64,000 nucleotides of DNA from positions 868,001-932,000 of the forward strand of contig CAJFCJ010000015.1 of NCBI GenBank assembly GCA_904063045.1, in the 5' to 3' direction. A program made the translations under genes and the position numbers. Shown piece by piece: positions 13,946 to 27,100 of the stretch. Numbering within the stretch: the stretch's first letter is position 1; each line of letters opens with the position of its first letter. Origin of the DNA: Dimorphilus gyrociliatus. Its lineage: Eukaryota > Animalia > Annelida. Under the pieces are notes generated by a model. It worked only from the letters and a program-made list of their open reading frames with translations, had not been told where the DNA came from and searched no databases.

Positions 13946-14632
13946 TCATTCATAGTGTGTGTCAGTATGGCATGAATCAGCATAATAATCAGTTGTAACG
14001 CCAGATCCCATTCTAGGTGGATGAGTAAAAATAAAAGTTGCTCTACCAACTTTTTTGATTTTATAGGTCGCTGGTAGAAAACTGTTTACTTCCAAAGCTA
14101 GATCTTTAAATGGGCTCAAAATTGAGATCACTTTCTCTATTGCACAAATGCGACAATCCAAAGGAGGCTTTATAATAATATCGAGTTGCTCAATGGCTAA
14201 ATTAAATACAGAAGGTGGTAATAGACTCTTCATCCTTTTAATGAAGCGGAGATGTTCACTTCTGTAAAGGGATTGACCATTTCCTCCGTCACATAAGCGA
14301 AGGACTACTCCCCTTCTCTGAATAGTTACTACATAATTCTCAGGTAAAAAGTTATTAAGAGAGTAAATGAGCTCAAATTTGCTTCCACACAGTTCAATGG
14401 CTTGTTCAATAAGACGTAGGCGTTCAGATTCTGAAAGTTCTGAGAATAATCTTTTTATAACTATCTGCAGTGGTTTATAAAAAGCAGTTGGTAACTCCTT
14501 TTGAGCTTTTTTCAAAAATGACGACGTCGGCGTTTCTCTTGCTTTTTTCCTTTTTTTCTTGTCCTTCCAACCGACAAGTTTAGGTCTGTAATCCACATCA
14601 TAGGATTTCTCCGTTTTCAAGCTAAAATTCAT
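13946..14632 (-). CDS. Intronless ~228-aa protein with a basic NLS-like segment and two PAH-like (Sin3 paired amphipathic helix) repeats
   Basis: First true ATG at 14632 (track start 14710 is TTG); KDKKKRKKAR; two repeats ending LIYSLNNFLPENYVVTIQ and LALEVNSFLPATYKIKK, resembling the Sin3 PAH1 end LIMGFNTFLPPGYKIEVQ. Confidence 0.7.
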   Translation of the reverse strand: MNFSLKTEKSYDVDYRPKLVGWKDKKKRKKARETPTSSFLKKAQKELPTAFYKPLQIVIKRLFSELSESERLRLIEQAIELCGSKFELIYSLNNFLPENYVVTIQRRGVVLRLCDGGNGQSLYRSEHLRFIKRMKSLLPPSVFNLAIEQLDIIIKPPLDCRICAIEKVISILSPFKDLALEVNSFLPATYKIKKVGRATFIFTHPPRMGSGVTTDYYADSCHTDTHYE

Positions 14633-15120
14633 GGCACTGAACGAACGATATTGAATGGGATAGTGTTTTAGGCCAAAGAAAAAGGTCTTTCGCCTACGAT
14701 TAATGCTCAATAAAAGAGATTTACAGCGTCGTTAATGACGCGTCGCTAAGCAACAGAAAAAGTTGGTATACATTATACGAAAATACTTTTAGTAGCTAAA
14801 CTTTTACAATGGTTCTTTAGTTTTCTGCTTTTATATTTAATGTTAGTGGGCCGAATTGATCTTTGGGTTATTTTTATAAGATTAGTTTGTGGTCGTAGCC
14901 CTGTCTAATTCAATGATTAAATATATACTTTTGTCAGCTGATAAATAGGCCTTCTGAATTTGCGGGAAATCCTAACATCCGGGGAGAGCAGAGAAATTCT
15001 GACGCAAGATGGCCGCTGTTTAGATATTTCGTACGAATTGCATAAGACTGATTTATTTATATAAGTATATAGTATCCATCTAGAATTTAGTCATATTTGA
15101 TAAGAAATACATCGAAAGCG

Positions 15121-17028
15121 ATGTCGGAGTCATTAATAGGATTTTTTGGACCTGATTGCCAAGAAATTGAGCCTGTTCCTGATACTTTCCCACCAGAGGT
15201 ACGTTTTTTATCAGCTGTTAACCATAAAAGTTGAAAAGATTATTTCTAATTTACAGGTGGAAGAGGGTAATATAGAATATAAACGACAATTAGTCAATAT
15301 ATCAGTAACAAGATTAGAACATTTAATATCTCAAATGAAATGGCGTTTACAAGAAGGAGGAGGCGAAGCTATATATGAAATTGGAGTTACCGACACAGGA
15401 ATGTTGAAAGGACTCAATGCAGATGATTTAGAAGAATCATTAAATTCTTTACATAAAATGGCTGATAGGTTAGTTTACAGAGAAATTTTTGTATTATCTG
15501 TTTTTGTTTTTTACTCATATAGGCCTTTTCTGTGTTGAAATTTTTTATGTGTATACAAACACATAAGCGTATAGTGATAGTAGAGATTTTGCTTTGTTTT
15601 GGTTTTTTTATGTGTATTACTTACCAGTTTTTTTAAATCTTTTTTTTTTTATTCGACAGATTAGGAGCAACTGTTACAGTTGTAAGAGAAAGAGAATTAG
15701 AGAATCATAGGAAAGTTGTTGAAGTACTCGTTAGGAAAGTTCCAGACAGTCACGACTTCATTGACGTTAGAATAAGTGTGTTGGGAAGTTGGGGATCTGG
15801 AAAGTCTACTTTAGTTGGAGTATTGACCGATGGTCAGCTAGACAATGCTGATGGAAGAGCGAGATTGAATCTTTTCCGTCATGTACACGAAATTGAAAGT
15901 GGAAGAACTTCTTCGGTTAGTCAAGAGATATTTGGATTTGATGATAAGGGTAATGTTTTGAACTATGCGGAGAAACCGAATATCGAAGATATATTGAATT
16001 TGGCATCTAAAATCATCACTTTAATAGATCAGCCTGGACATGATAAATATCTAAAAACAACGATGTGTGCCTTAACGTCCCAACAGCCTGATTATGCCAT
16101 TTTAGCTGTTAGTTGTACAACTGGAATAACTAATACTTCAAGAGAGCACTTGGGTTTGGCTTTAGCCTTAAAATTACCAACTGCAGTTGTATTAACAAAG
16201 TCTGATGCTGTAGGTAAGCAGCAACTTGAGAAATTGATAAAGTGTTTGGAAAAGACACTAAAATCTCCAGGAATCAAAAAAGTACCTTTTAGGGTAGTCA
16301 ATGAAGATGATGCCATTATGGCTGCTTCGTCAATTAATGGTAATGTTTGCCCATATTTTGTTGCTTCGAGCGTGAGTGGAAGAGGATTAAATCTTCTTAC
16401 AAAATTTCTGTATGCTGTTCCATCCGTATTTGGTAAAAACAAGGAGATTGATGGTTCAGTGGAGCATCAAGTTGATTCTGTATATGATCTTGCTCATTGT
16501 GGAACTGTGGTAGCTGGAACTCTTGTAAAGGGTGTTATAAAAGAACAAGAAGAATTATATATCGGACCTGATTCTTCAGGTAATTTCTTCCCAGTAAAAG
16601 TTCAATCGATACACCGCAGTAGAGTTCCAACACTAATTGCGATGGCTGGACAAGCCGTCGCACTTGCTTTGGGCAACGTACCATTAACAGTGCGAAAAGG
16701 AATGGTGCTATTGAAAAATCCCTTCCCGATTTGTTGTATGGCGTTTGACGCTGATATTAGGGTTCTTTTTCATCATGGAAAAGGCTTAACTAAGAATTTC
16801 CAATGTGTTGTACACATAAACAACGTGTGTCAGACAGCAATTATTGAAGAGTGTAACAAAGCTTGTGTGCCAACTAATAGCCGCGCAGTTGTTCGTTTCC
16901 GTTTCTTAAAAAGACCTGAATTCATTAGCGTTGGTTCAAGGCTACTTTTCAGAGAAGGAAGGACAAAAGGAACTGGTGACGTTTTAAAAATATACCCCTA
17001 CCAAAATGATCCTGATTTGATGAGATAA
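15121..17028 (+). CDS. GTPBP2: GTP-binding protein 2 (translational GTPase, ribosome rescue)
   Basis: Exons 15121-15198, 15257-15468, 15660-17028; PPEVEEGNIEYK, QMKWRLQEGGGEAIYEIG, GKST, IESGRTSS, DQPGH, TKSD, LLFREGRTKG. Confidence 0.93.
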
Positions 17029-17315
17029 GGAAAATAGTGAGCAACAATATTAATTTTAAAGAATAAGAAACTGTAACACTAAAGTGTCATAAACCGCCGG
17101 AGTTTTGTTGGTCTCGTTCTAGATGAATTAAATATAATGTATTTTTCCTCCTTCATTTTTCTTCTTTTTCTTTTATCCTTCCTTTATTGTCTTTGATGTA
17201 AAATTTGAAAGAATTTAGTTGGTTTATCCTATTTATTTATTTATATTTCTTATTTATGATAAATCAGATAAAAATTCAGTAACAAAAGATAAATAGCATT
17301 GTTATGCTCGTATTA

Positions 17316-19760
17316 TCAAAGCCACACGGCATAACGCGAATTCCAATCTCGAGTAAAGATATCGAGTAGCTGTTTCTGTACTGTAGTGACATCTATTGTA
17401 CCATCGGCTCTTGTTTGATTGACTATAAGCGAAGTACCTGCTGTATTAGTGAAGTAATCTCCAGACCAATTTGAGGTTCCTTTAAAAAAAATTAAACGAG
17501 ATGGAAGTGTTAAATAGCCTTTGAAGAAATATATTGAAATGGCAAAAAATGCTATTTTTCTCTATTGTTATATACCTATAAAAGCTGCATTATCAGTGAT
17601 CATATACTTGTTATGGTTAACTCTGGCGTAGGGAATCTTTTCTTGAGCTTTGCTTACCGGAACTTCAAACAGTTTCTAAAATAAAAACAGGTTGTTATTT
17701 ATTGTTCGTGTCTCGCCTTTGTTAAAAAGAATAGCATAAAAGACTCATAGGAAAATAGAAAACAAGACTTACTACTTCAAATTTCACTTTATCAGCACCA
17801 TTTTCAATTCCATTGAGGGCTTTAAGAGACTTGAGAAAATGGTACATATCCTTTCTCGTATGCCTCCATCTGGATATTAGTAATCGAATTTCAACGAAAT
17901 TCTCTAAAGCTACCTTTCTAAGTGCATTGTCGATAACTGGCCAAAATCTGTTGGTCAAACGAAAAAGATTAGTTTTAAAAGGAAAGAAATAGGGAGAGAG
18001 GGGCAATAAGAGGAATAAGTAAAAGGAAAAGGGAGAGGAGATTGGTAGATTTAATTTAATATCCTATTAGAATCTTTAAGTATTATTTCTCATTGGTACA
18101 TGAATAATTAGACAAGGCATATTTACAATTCAGGTTTACGGTATTCAATAAGGGGATGATAATCCATAACGGATATATAGACAAATTTTCGAGCTCTATT
18201 GATTACGGATACAATTGCGTAGATATCATTCGTCCGACCACGTGGACAGAGAGACTGTGGGGAATTCTGCAGGGGAAAATCAATCGTTTTTTTTTTAGTA
18301 ATGACAAAGCAAGAAAGAAGTAATTTCGCGAGACGAAATAAGAAAGGTTCTTTTCATCTTACTGTAAAAAACAGTCTGGCAATATCCTTCATACCCCTTA
18401 AAGACACAACCATAGGGGACTCTATGTCATACAAGGTTGACAAGGAAGTTGGCCAAGTAACTGGTATAACAGCATCCTTAACGGCCAATTTCCAATAAAC
18501 GATAAAATTCTTCACTAAATCTTTGATCATACACGAACAATTTGTAATTAGCACCCCTAATTCTTTTACTTCTGTCAACGACCTCCAATCCATATTGGCC
18601 GACCCCACGTATGCGTGCTTATCATCAATAATCCACATTTTTGTGTGTAAGATACCACTACTATTTAGAAGCTTTTTCATATCTAAACGTCTCACTTTCG
18701 CACCTTTAAACAAAAAGAGAAATGGAAAAGTCAGAGAGGGAGCCGAAGGCGTTACGAATTAAGATAAAAAGTTCTATATGTTATTTTTTTCTCTTTTTTT
18801 ATATCCCTAAAGAATAACTAAATAACTTGAGATTTATTCGTTACAAACCGAGTTTCGCCAGCTCTTCTAAATTTCTTCTACTTTTATTATAACTTTGCGC
18901 GTCTGTGACAATTTCGACGTTGATCTTTCTTGCGCTCAAACTTCTTTTTAATAATTTTAATATTTCTTCTCCCTTTTCGTATTAAGATAAGAAAATAGGT
19001 AAGATTATAGAAATAAGAAGCTTGTATTTATATGTATCAACTGTAAAGCGTTCACTATCGATTAAACGCCAACAGCAAAGATTTCGGTAGAAAATGGTTT
19101 TTTTAACCTTTTATTCCCTTAAGGAATCTTTAGTTATAATAATAAAACTTATATCTTACTTGCCAAGCTGAAGAAAAGTGAAAGTGCCCCGTATCGTTGC
19201 TAGTTAGGCTCCAATAGCAAGATGCAATTTTTATAGTTTTATTTGCTTTTGTGATCAGTGTTTTCCAAGCGTTGAATGTTGACAAATGTGCTACGGTTTC
19301 ATTAAAAGTCACGTTTTCCGGAATGCTTTCCACTAATTCAACCCTGCAATGAAACGGACGGATAAATATAGACGAAGCCTTATTCCCAATCATACAGACA
19401 TTAATTGACAGGCTAATAAAAGTCAAGCACTTTTTAGATTTTACAACATCAAACTTGTTTAGTAAGAGATAGTCCTCTATCTTTTCTTTTTTTTTTTTAC
19501 AGTACCGACTAATTTCTCAAACTAATTACTTACTTGCAGTATGAGTCATCACATCTTGGACCGATACGCTTAGTGAACACATTAAATTTCATTCCAAGCA
19601 TTCTTGAGTTAACTAATGCTGGAAATAAAACTACGAAAGCAGTTAAAGCTAGAACAAATCCAACGGCTACATAAGCTGGTCTCCTATATTGCAATTTATC
19701 GACATCAACTCCTGCTTGATCGGTTACAATCATCTGCACATTGACTTTATTACTAGTCAT
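17316..19760 (-). CDS. PLD3: Phospholipase D3/4-like type II membrane lysosomal 5'-3' exonuclease
   Basis: N-terminal TM ([20 protein letters not shown]), VELVESIP, two HKD motifs ([26 protein letters not shown]; [25 protein letters not shown]), end [14 protein letters not shown] exon is preceded by a TTGCAG acceptor (~19792), so an upstream exon exists. Confidence 0.93.
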
Positions 19761-20081
19761 TGTATCTGGATTCCTAGTTTGGCCAATCCACTGCAAGATA
19801 AAGAAATACGAGAAGTTGAATTAGACAATAATTACATGATAGGTAAAGTACAAAATATTAATGATAATAATCAGCGGAACCTGTTCTTGGTCCGTTTGGT
19901 TTTCGTGCAGACTATCCGCACTGGCGAATTGTGGACGGATAAGTGTGCTCTTACAACTCGACTTCATCTATTGTATAAATGGAAAAATAACTAAAGGAAG
20001 AAGACAATTTGCTGAGCCGAGGATAAAAGAAGTAATAGGAGAGACAGATGTGAGAATTAGATAGAGAGGACGACACTGAGT

Positions 20082-20135
20082 GAGAGAGAGAGAGAAAGAG
20101 AAAGATACACACACGCAGGCACGCACATCAATACT

Positions 20136-20167
<32 letters not shown>

Positions 20168-20222
20168 GACAGAGCAGAGCCGAGCCGAGGGAGAAAGAGT
20201 GAGTGAGCGAGAGAGTGAAAGA
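20082..20222. repeat. (GA)n-rich purine tract
   Basis: Interrupted GAGA runs upstream of PLD3. Confidence 0.85.
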
Positions 20223-22397
20223 GACACGTCTAACACCTATTTATACTATACCATGTTAACCGAGAGTCGCGAAAGTAAGGCGCTGGTGTCACGGTATGCT
20301 TTTTAAATAAAGTAAAGGCTTATTATTTCAAAAGAAAATGAAAAATAGCTTGTTCTATCCAACAAATTATCCCCTCAGGTTACAGGTGACTACGTCATTT
20401 CTAATATGATCTAGTTTATACTTGAGTGAAAAGATAAATCGGAAATAAAAAGAAGATTAGCCTTTAATAACCTACACTCTTTTAAGCGTTATTGTAATTT
20501 TAATTTTTAAATAAATAAAGTAGTGACGCTATCTAAATATAAACAACTGCTTAAGTGGGGCTTGATAAGTGCTCCATCTGTCGATAAAACACCTATAACG
20601 ACCTCGATCGATTTACGAAATAAAAATGAAAAAATAGTATTAAAGACTATACGCAACAAGAAGAATTAGTCAAAATGCAAACATTGATTGGTTAGTTTTA
20701 TCTCTCATCACTTTCCGTCAAGTGTCTATGTGATGGAGGAAATAGACTGTGGCCTGATTTTCCTATTGGCAAGCGTCGTTAGCTTGGATAAGCAACGTCC
20801 CAGATGTAGTAGCATCGTTTGTTAAATACAATAGAATCTTCCACAGAAAACATTTGAAATAGAATATAAATTACCTCCAAACTATTCAGGGCACGAAATC
20901 GTTTTAGGCGTCCTCGTCCCTAATTAGCCATCTTGACAATCTTCAGTAAAATGCCAAATAATAAACCGCTTATTTAAGGGGGGAACAGTTAAAGAGGCCT
21001 TTACAAACTGATATGCGATATTGACTATGCATTTGATGAAATGTCCGAGTGAAAGGATTCTAGACATCTGTGCATATTGCACGAACGTGTATAAATCGAT
21101 TTGCAGTACAAATCAGTATAAATAATAGTAAATGGAACGGAGTCGTTAAAATTTGCAGCATAAGCAGAAATATCAGTGAAATATTTTATTCGATAGTGTT
21201 TGAAGCTTATCGAAATTACGGCGAAAAAAATACTTGATTAGGGGCAATATGATGTAAATCCGTTATTTTTTGCTTTAGATTTTAGACCAGACATCCAAAC
21301 GATATCAAGTAGAATAGTACACGCATAAAAGATGATACTATAAAAATTGCTGTCGGAAATTGCACTAACTTTATTAAGACTATAACATAGTGGAAATGTA
21401 CTTTCGATGGATCTATGAGAATCGGAAGAGAGAAGTTGGGGAAACAAAAGCAACTAATCACCTCTGTGGTCCGCCTCAGGCCTAAGGGAATTTATCATTG
21501 AAAGATTCTATGCTTTTTCTTTAGATTGTCAATCCGTTGAAGGATTATTATTTCGGCGGAGCGTGATATATGGTATATGAACAGTGTACAGTTTATCCAG
21601 GCATCAGCATTTAAAAAAAACAAGAGGTTAAACATTTGGCGCCATCTATTAGTTATCGGAAATTTTCCTCCTCGGAAGAAAAAATGACGCTTTTAAGTTT
21701 CTCTTGTTCAACGTCACGAACGTCACCTGATAAGTTACGTGAGATGAATGATTCCCATACCACAGGCGAATAGTTATGTATATATATACAGTATATATAT
21801 ATATATATGTATGCCAATGGCTAGGGCGTTACATATAATGCAGAATGCAAATTTCCTTCCAAAAAAAGAATAAAAAAACCATTCACATAACGTTTGGGGC
21901 TTTGTTTTTTCTTCCTTTAACGTATTTATTAATAATTTTTACTAACCGTTGAAATTTTTTCGCTTATACTCAATTCTTCTGTTTTATCGTTAATGAGCCG
22001 TTCGCTATCTTCGACTTCCGCAAAATCCGAAAGAGAGTCACGCTTTGAAGGCATCTGTCGCATTTATGATAAATATAGCAAAAAGAAAAGAACAAAAACA
22101 CAATGATATCATTTATATAGATAGATTTAGTATGAAAAACGATGAAATGGAACAGACGTTTAAACGTTCTGAATATAGAATTTCTTTCGCGCCATTTGAT
22201 ATCTGTCAGTAGTTTAGAATTCGCTCTGGGGAAAGAAATGAATCGGAATGTCAACAAATCCAAACAATAAAATGAACGATTTTGGATCCTTCAGTTTAAA
22301 ATGGAAAGCTTTGTTATATTTTCAATACTTTAAGCCATATAATGTATATATAGATATATATATATATATTTAATTGTTTTAATTGCCTATACCATAG

Positions 22398-22407
22398 TCA
22401 CGTGACA
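22398..22407. promoter_or_regulatory. Perfect CLEAR/USF palindrome GTCACGTGAC
   Basis: Exact 10-bp match in the gene-free interval 2.6 kb upstream of the PLD3 ATG. Confidence 0.35.
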
Positions 22408-23586
22408 AATAAAGAGACTCATTATTTTTGTTTTTAATGATAAGCCTATTTTGAACTTTTTCCTTCCGGCTTACGCAAAACATAAATAAAGCCAATAAAA
22501 ATCTTAAAACAAATACTAGTTTATAACATCTCCCAAAACGAAATATAATCAATTGAGAATTAAGTCATAATTGTCAATAATTCTTTTGGGCTCCTGGGAT
22601 GTAGGTTATATCAATGCATTATTCTTTCTTATCATAAATAACGATTTTATCGGTTTTGAAAGTTATTTTCCACTAACCTTGCATCAGCATGTAATTCCAG
22701 TTTCTTGCCACGAAGGACGCTTGCCGTAATTTAACTTTTTGAGTCAAGTTTCGAGTTTCTCGACGCCAGAGGGTTATGGACACTGAATTTGTAAATCCAG
22801 AATAAATTGGAATAGGAGTCGATAGGCCGCGACGGGCTCTCATTCAAATAATCTTTATGTCATATACATTATTGTATAGGACACAATCTTCTTCTTTGAA
22901 ACTAAACAGAATAATCTACTTTTATTTGATTCTCTATCGTATTTAATGTGTTGCGTAAGCTAATGAATGCCAGCCTATTTGCGATTTCCTAATTCTCAAG
23001 GGGAGATGAGAATCATTTTTCTTTTTTATATATAGAAACAAAATTCATATTTATTTAAATCGGTATAAAGTATTCTACAATGGTTTTAAACAAAAAAACA
23101 TTCCCAATTTGCGTGTGTCTGTCCATATATTGTATGTATATATATATATGCAAATATCTCCCTGCCTCCGATCCCCTCTCTATCAACTGAAAGTAATTAG
23201 CCAATAAGCTTAAGAAGGCAGAAGAAAATCTTTACAACATTACTCAACAGGTAAATAAGGAGAAAAAGAAGCTTTAACTAAATTATTTATAAATTTTTTT
23301 GTTATTATTCCATTCATTTCTCGTTTGTCAACGTCTGGTTAAGAATACAAATGGAGCTATTCTGAATCTAAAGACCATAACTAAAGAGAAAAGGATATTT
23401 TTACGTCTCTTCCATCAAAGAAATTAATTATATTACATGTTGATATTATTTACTGTTACATTTTTTTTGTACCATTATCAATTACCTTCTATTACCTAAT
23501 TAAATGGATAATCGTTTGATCCAATATTAATTAATCCAATGATGCTATATACTATATGCGCTATAAATAGTATACCCAGCTTATTA

Positions 23587-23617
<31 letters not shown>

Positions 23618-24197
23618 TACTATACATATCATATATAGACAGTATATAGATAAGTAAGTACTAAATATAAATAGCAATTTTTTTAGACTTTCTATTAGAT
23701 TGCCTAAGAAGTCAAAAAAACAGAAAATATTGTTATTTATGTGAATTGGTAACTTTTTGTTTCTATACCAGAAAAACACTGAAAATTTCATTACTCTATT
23801 GATCGGAATACTGCATTCTAAGATAGCGATGCTCGAGGGATAAGTAAAATCTTCTGAGGCGTAAAAGTAGTAAAAAATTTTTCAAGCTGAAGTCTATTTG
23901 TTAAGTAACATATTGTAGTTTTAATAAAACGTTGGATAGAGAAAGAGAAAGAGACAGAGACAGAGACAGAGATTGACATGAAGGCGAATGGGAAACAAAG
24001 ATGAAATAACGTTAACAAAAAAAAACGAAACAAGAAGTAATTTCTATAAAAATGACAGTAATACTAATAATTTATTGTCTTTTTTTGGTAGGCGGAGGAG
24101 GGGGGGAGAGGGGGAATATTTGAAAGGATTTCTCCGGTTTACGAATGATAATGGCTAAAACAAAATCAGGAAAAATTGATAGGTTGTCGAAGTAATT

Positions 24198-27100
24198 CTA
24201 CCGTACTCGGAATGTAGATTCATCTAATGGAGCGGTATAAATGTCTGCAAAAATAAAAAAAGAAAGAGAAATTCGTATGCTTATCTATAAAAGTACAATA
24301 TCATTATTAATAATAATTTACTTTCTTCATTATCAAATCTTCTGTCAAATACATTATTCACATTGCCTTGACACTGGTTAGAATTCTTTTCTATGCAAGA
24401 ATGCGATTGATGAGCATTTTTAACAAAGTTGCTGTGTTCCTGATATCTTTCCTCAGTTATACAACAACGTCCACAGACCATTATTGCATTTTCCAAACAG
24501 TTACAGCAGGAATTTCCTATACTTTCCTCTACATAATTAAAATAGCAGCAAGCCAAACCGATACACATAAGTAGGATAAGAAAGGCAAACGAGAAATACA
24601 TTAAGTCTCTATTTTGGGATGAGGCTGTGAAAAAATGTTTTTAATATTGTATACAGTTTATATACTTGTATTAAAAATAGATATAATTTAGTGATTAATC
24701 GTTAATTACCAGGAGTTTCAATATTAAAGCCAGACCCATCCCACAATGAATTTGAAATACAATTGAAAGAAGTCGAATAATTATGCTTTAAAACGATACA
24801 CTTCAGATCACTGGGACAAGGTCTATTTGCGCACGGATCGGTCATCTTTTCGCAACATCTATCTTTATAAGCTTTAGGACAAATACAATAAAAGGCATCA
24901 TCATCATGTTTGCAAAAACCATGACCACAGGGAATTTTTTTATGAGATAGTAAGCATTTATTTTTGCCTTTTATACGTTTTTCGCACCTTTTACCGTACC
25001 ATGAAACCTGACAATTGCATTCGAAATCTAGAGGATTAGTCTCATAACAAATTCCTCTATGTAGACAAGGATTTTGATTGCATACGCAACCATGCTCTCG
25101 GCAGGGTCTAATTTTAAATCCTTCGATTTCCAGCAAATCCTCATCTACGTTCGATTTTCTAATATTACAAAATTGTCCAATAAATTCGTTTGGACATAAG
25201 CATTTATAATGATCGTCTATTCTCTCGCAGACACCGCCGTTTAAGCAGGGATGGGAATTACATGGATTTGTCGGAGAAATGTTACAAAATTCTCCCGTCC
25301 AGCCGGGGTAACAGTCACAAATTATTTCCGACTTTGAATCAGGTACTTTAGCACATACCCCATGCCAACAAGGTGAACTTAAACATGGATCAATTACCAT
25401 TTCACATTTTTCACCAACCCAACCACTTGGACAAACACATCTTCTTTGATAATTTACGGAATCGCACCTGCCTCCGTTAAAACATTCACTATTCGAATAG
25501 CATTTGTGGAGAATTCCATTTTCGCAGAATTCTCCTGTATAATCAGGCCGACATAGGCAAGAGGGATTTGTACTATTGTTTCCTCTAAGACAAATACCGT
25601 TATTCATACAGGGTCTGGTACCACAAACTTCTAAACCTTTCCGACAATAATCACCAGTCCAATTAGGTGGACAAAAGCATCGACCTTTACCATTGACTAT
25701 TCGGCATCTTCCAGAATTCATGCAAGGATTTGGTGTACAAGGCCCAATTGGTGGTCCTATTCGCCATCCTGAGGGTAAAGTTTGATGAGGCGATAGAGTG
25801 AAACCTGGAGGAAGCGTGGCAATAGACATTTGACAGACTTCTCCATAGAACCCTTGTGGACATCTGCAAATAAAAGAGTCTCTAATAAAGGAACAGGTTC
25901 CATCATTTTCACAGGGATAATTATCGCAGACGTTTCTGACTGTTTCACATCTGGGACCGGAGCGATTGTTCCCACACAAGCAAATGTAAGTCCATTTCCA
26001 AGGTACACAAACTGATCCGTAACCGCAAGATATTCCTGAACAAACAGATGGTTTTTGAGAGTCGGGAATACCAGCTAAACAATTCGTATCTTCATCAGTC
26101 TGCTCAATTTCTCTTCTGCAATTTGTCCTTCTTTTCGCTAAATGTTTACAATTGGCTCCAGTCCATTTTCCATAGCATTTGCATCTATAGCCATTTGGTT
26201 CATCTATACATTCTCCGTGCTGACAAGGGTTACTTTCGCATTCATTGATATCTTCTTCGCAGTTGCCACCCGTAAAACCTTGTAAACAAATGCAAACGGG
26301 TCCATTCGAACTATCGAAACAAGTTGCACCATTTAAGCATCTAATCCTGTCAGAACATTCACTAACTAAATATTCGCATCTTTCTCCTTTATGAGTGGAA
26401 TGACATCTACACCTAAAACCATTTAGTTTATCTTCGCAAGTTCCTCCATTCATGCAAGGTGAACTTGAGCATGTCCTAACCTCACTTTCGCACCGTTCAC
26501 CTGTAAAACCTTCATTACAAAAGCACACTATCATATCTTTAATTGCTAAATCACAATAGCCACGACCGGAACAAATTAGCTCCTGATTAACATCTGTACA
26601 CTTAGCAGTTAATCTTTCACAGCGCTTCCCTTCCGTACCAGACTTACAAATGCATTTGTACTTTTTCCTTGATACTTTCAAGCAAGAAGCACCATTTTCA
26701 CATAGAGATTTCAAACACGGATGCCCATCATTCACTTGATACAATTTAATTGAACATAACTGTATAGAATCGGTAAAAAGAGGATGTATAATAACGTATC
26801 TCCCAGTTAATGGCCTTTTACAGTGTCCACTAAATTCCTTTATTCCTCTTTTGACAAAAACGCAGAGCTTTAAATTCGGAGTAATTGGCCATCTTTTATC
26901 CGGCAAATTATCCCCTACTTCAACGACTAGACCATTGTGAGAGTGCTTTGTTCTTAATTCTAATTTACCAAGATATTTCTTTTTCTTTAAATCTATAGCC
27001 CACCAACTCTTTGACGTTTTAGACGTTCTAGTGCAACCCGGTAATTTTAAAGCTTGAATAGGCCCATATTTCTTTCCATCATTGTTATAAATATCCGACT

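Noticed and set aside
21030-21453. Two consecutive ~70-codon open stretches in one minus frame separated by a single TAA (readthrough or pseudogene?)
   Set aside because: No homology, S/F/I-biased composition typical of AT-rich noise, and no convincing splice or start context.
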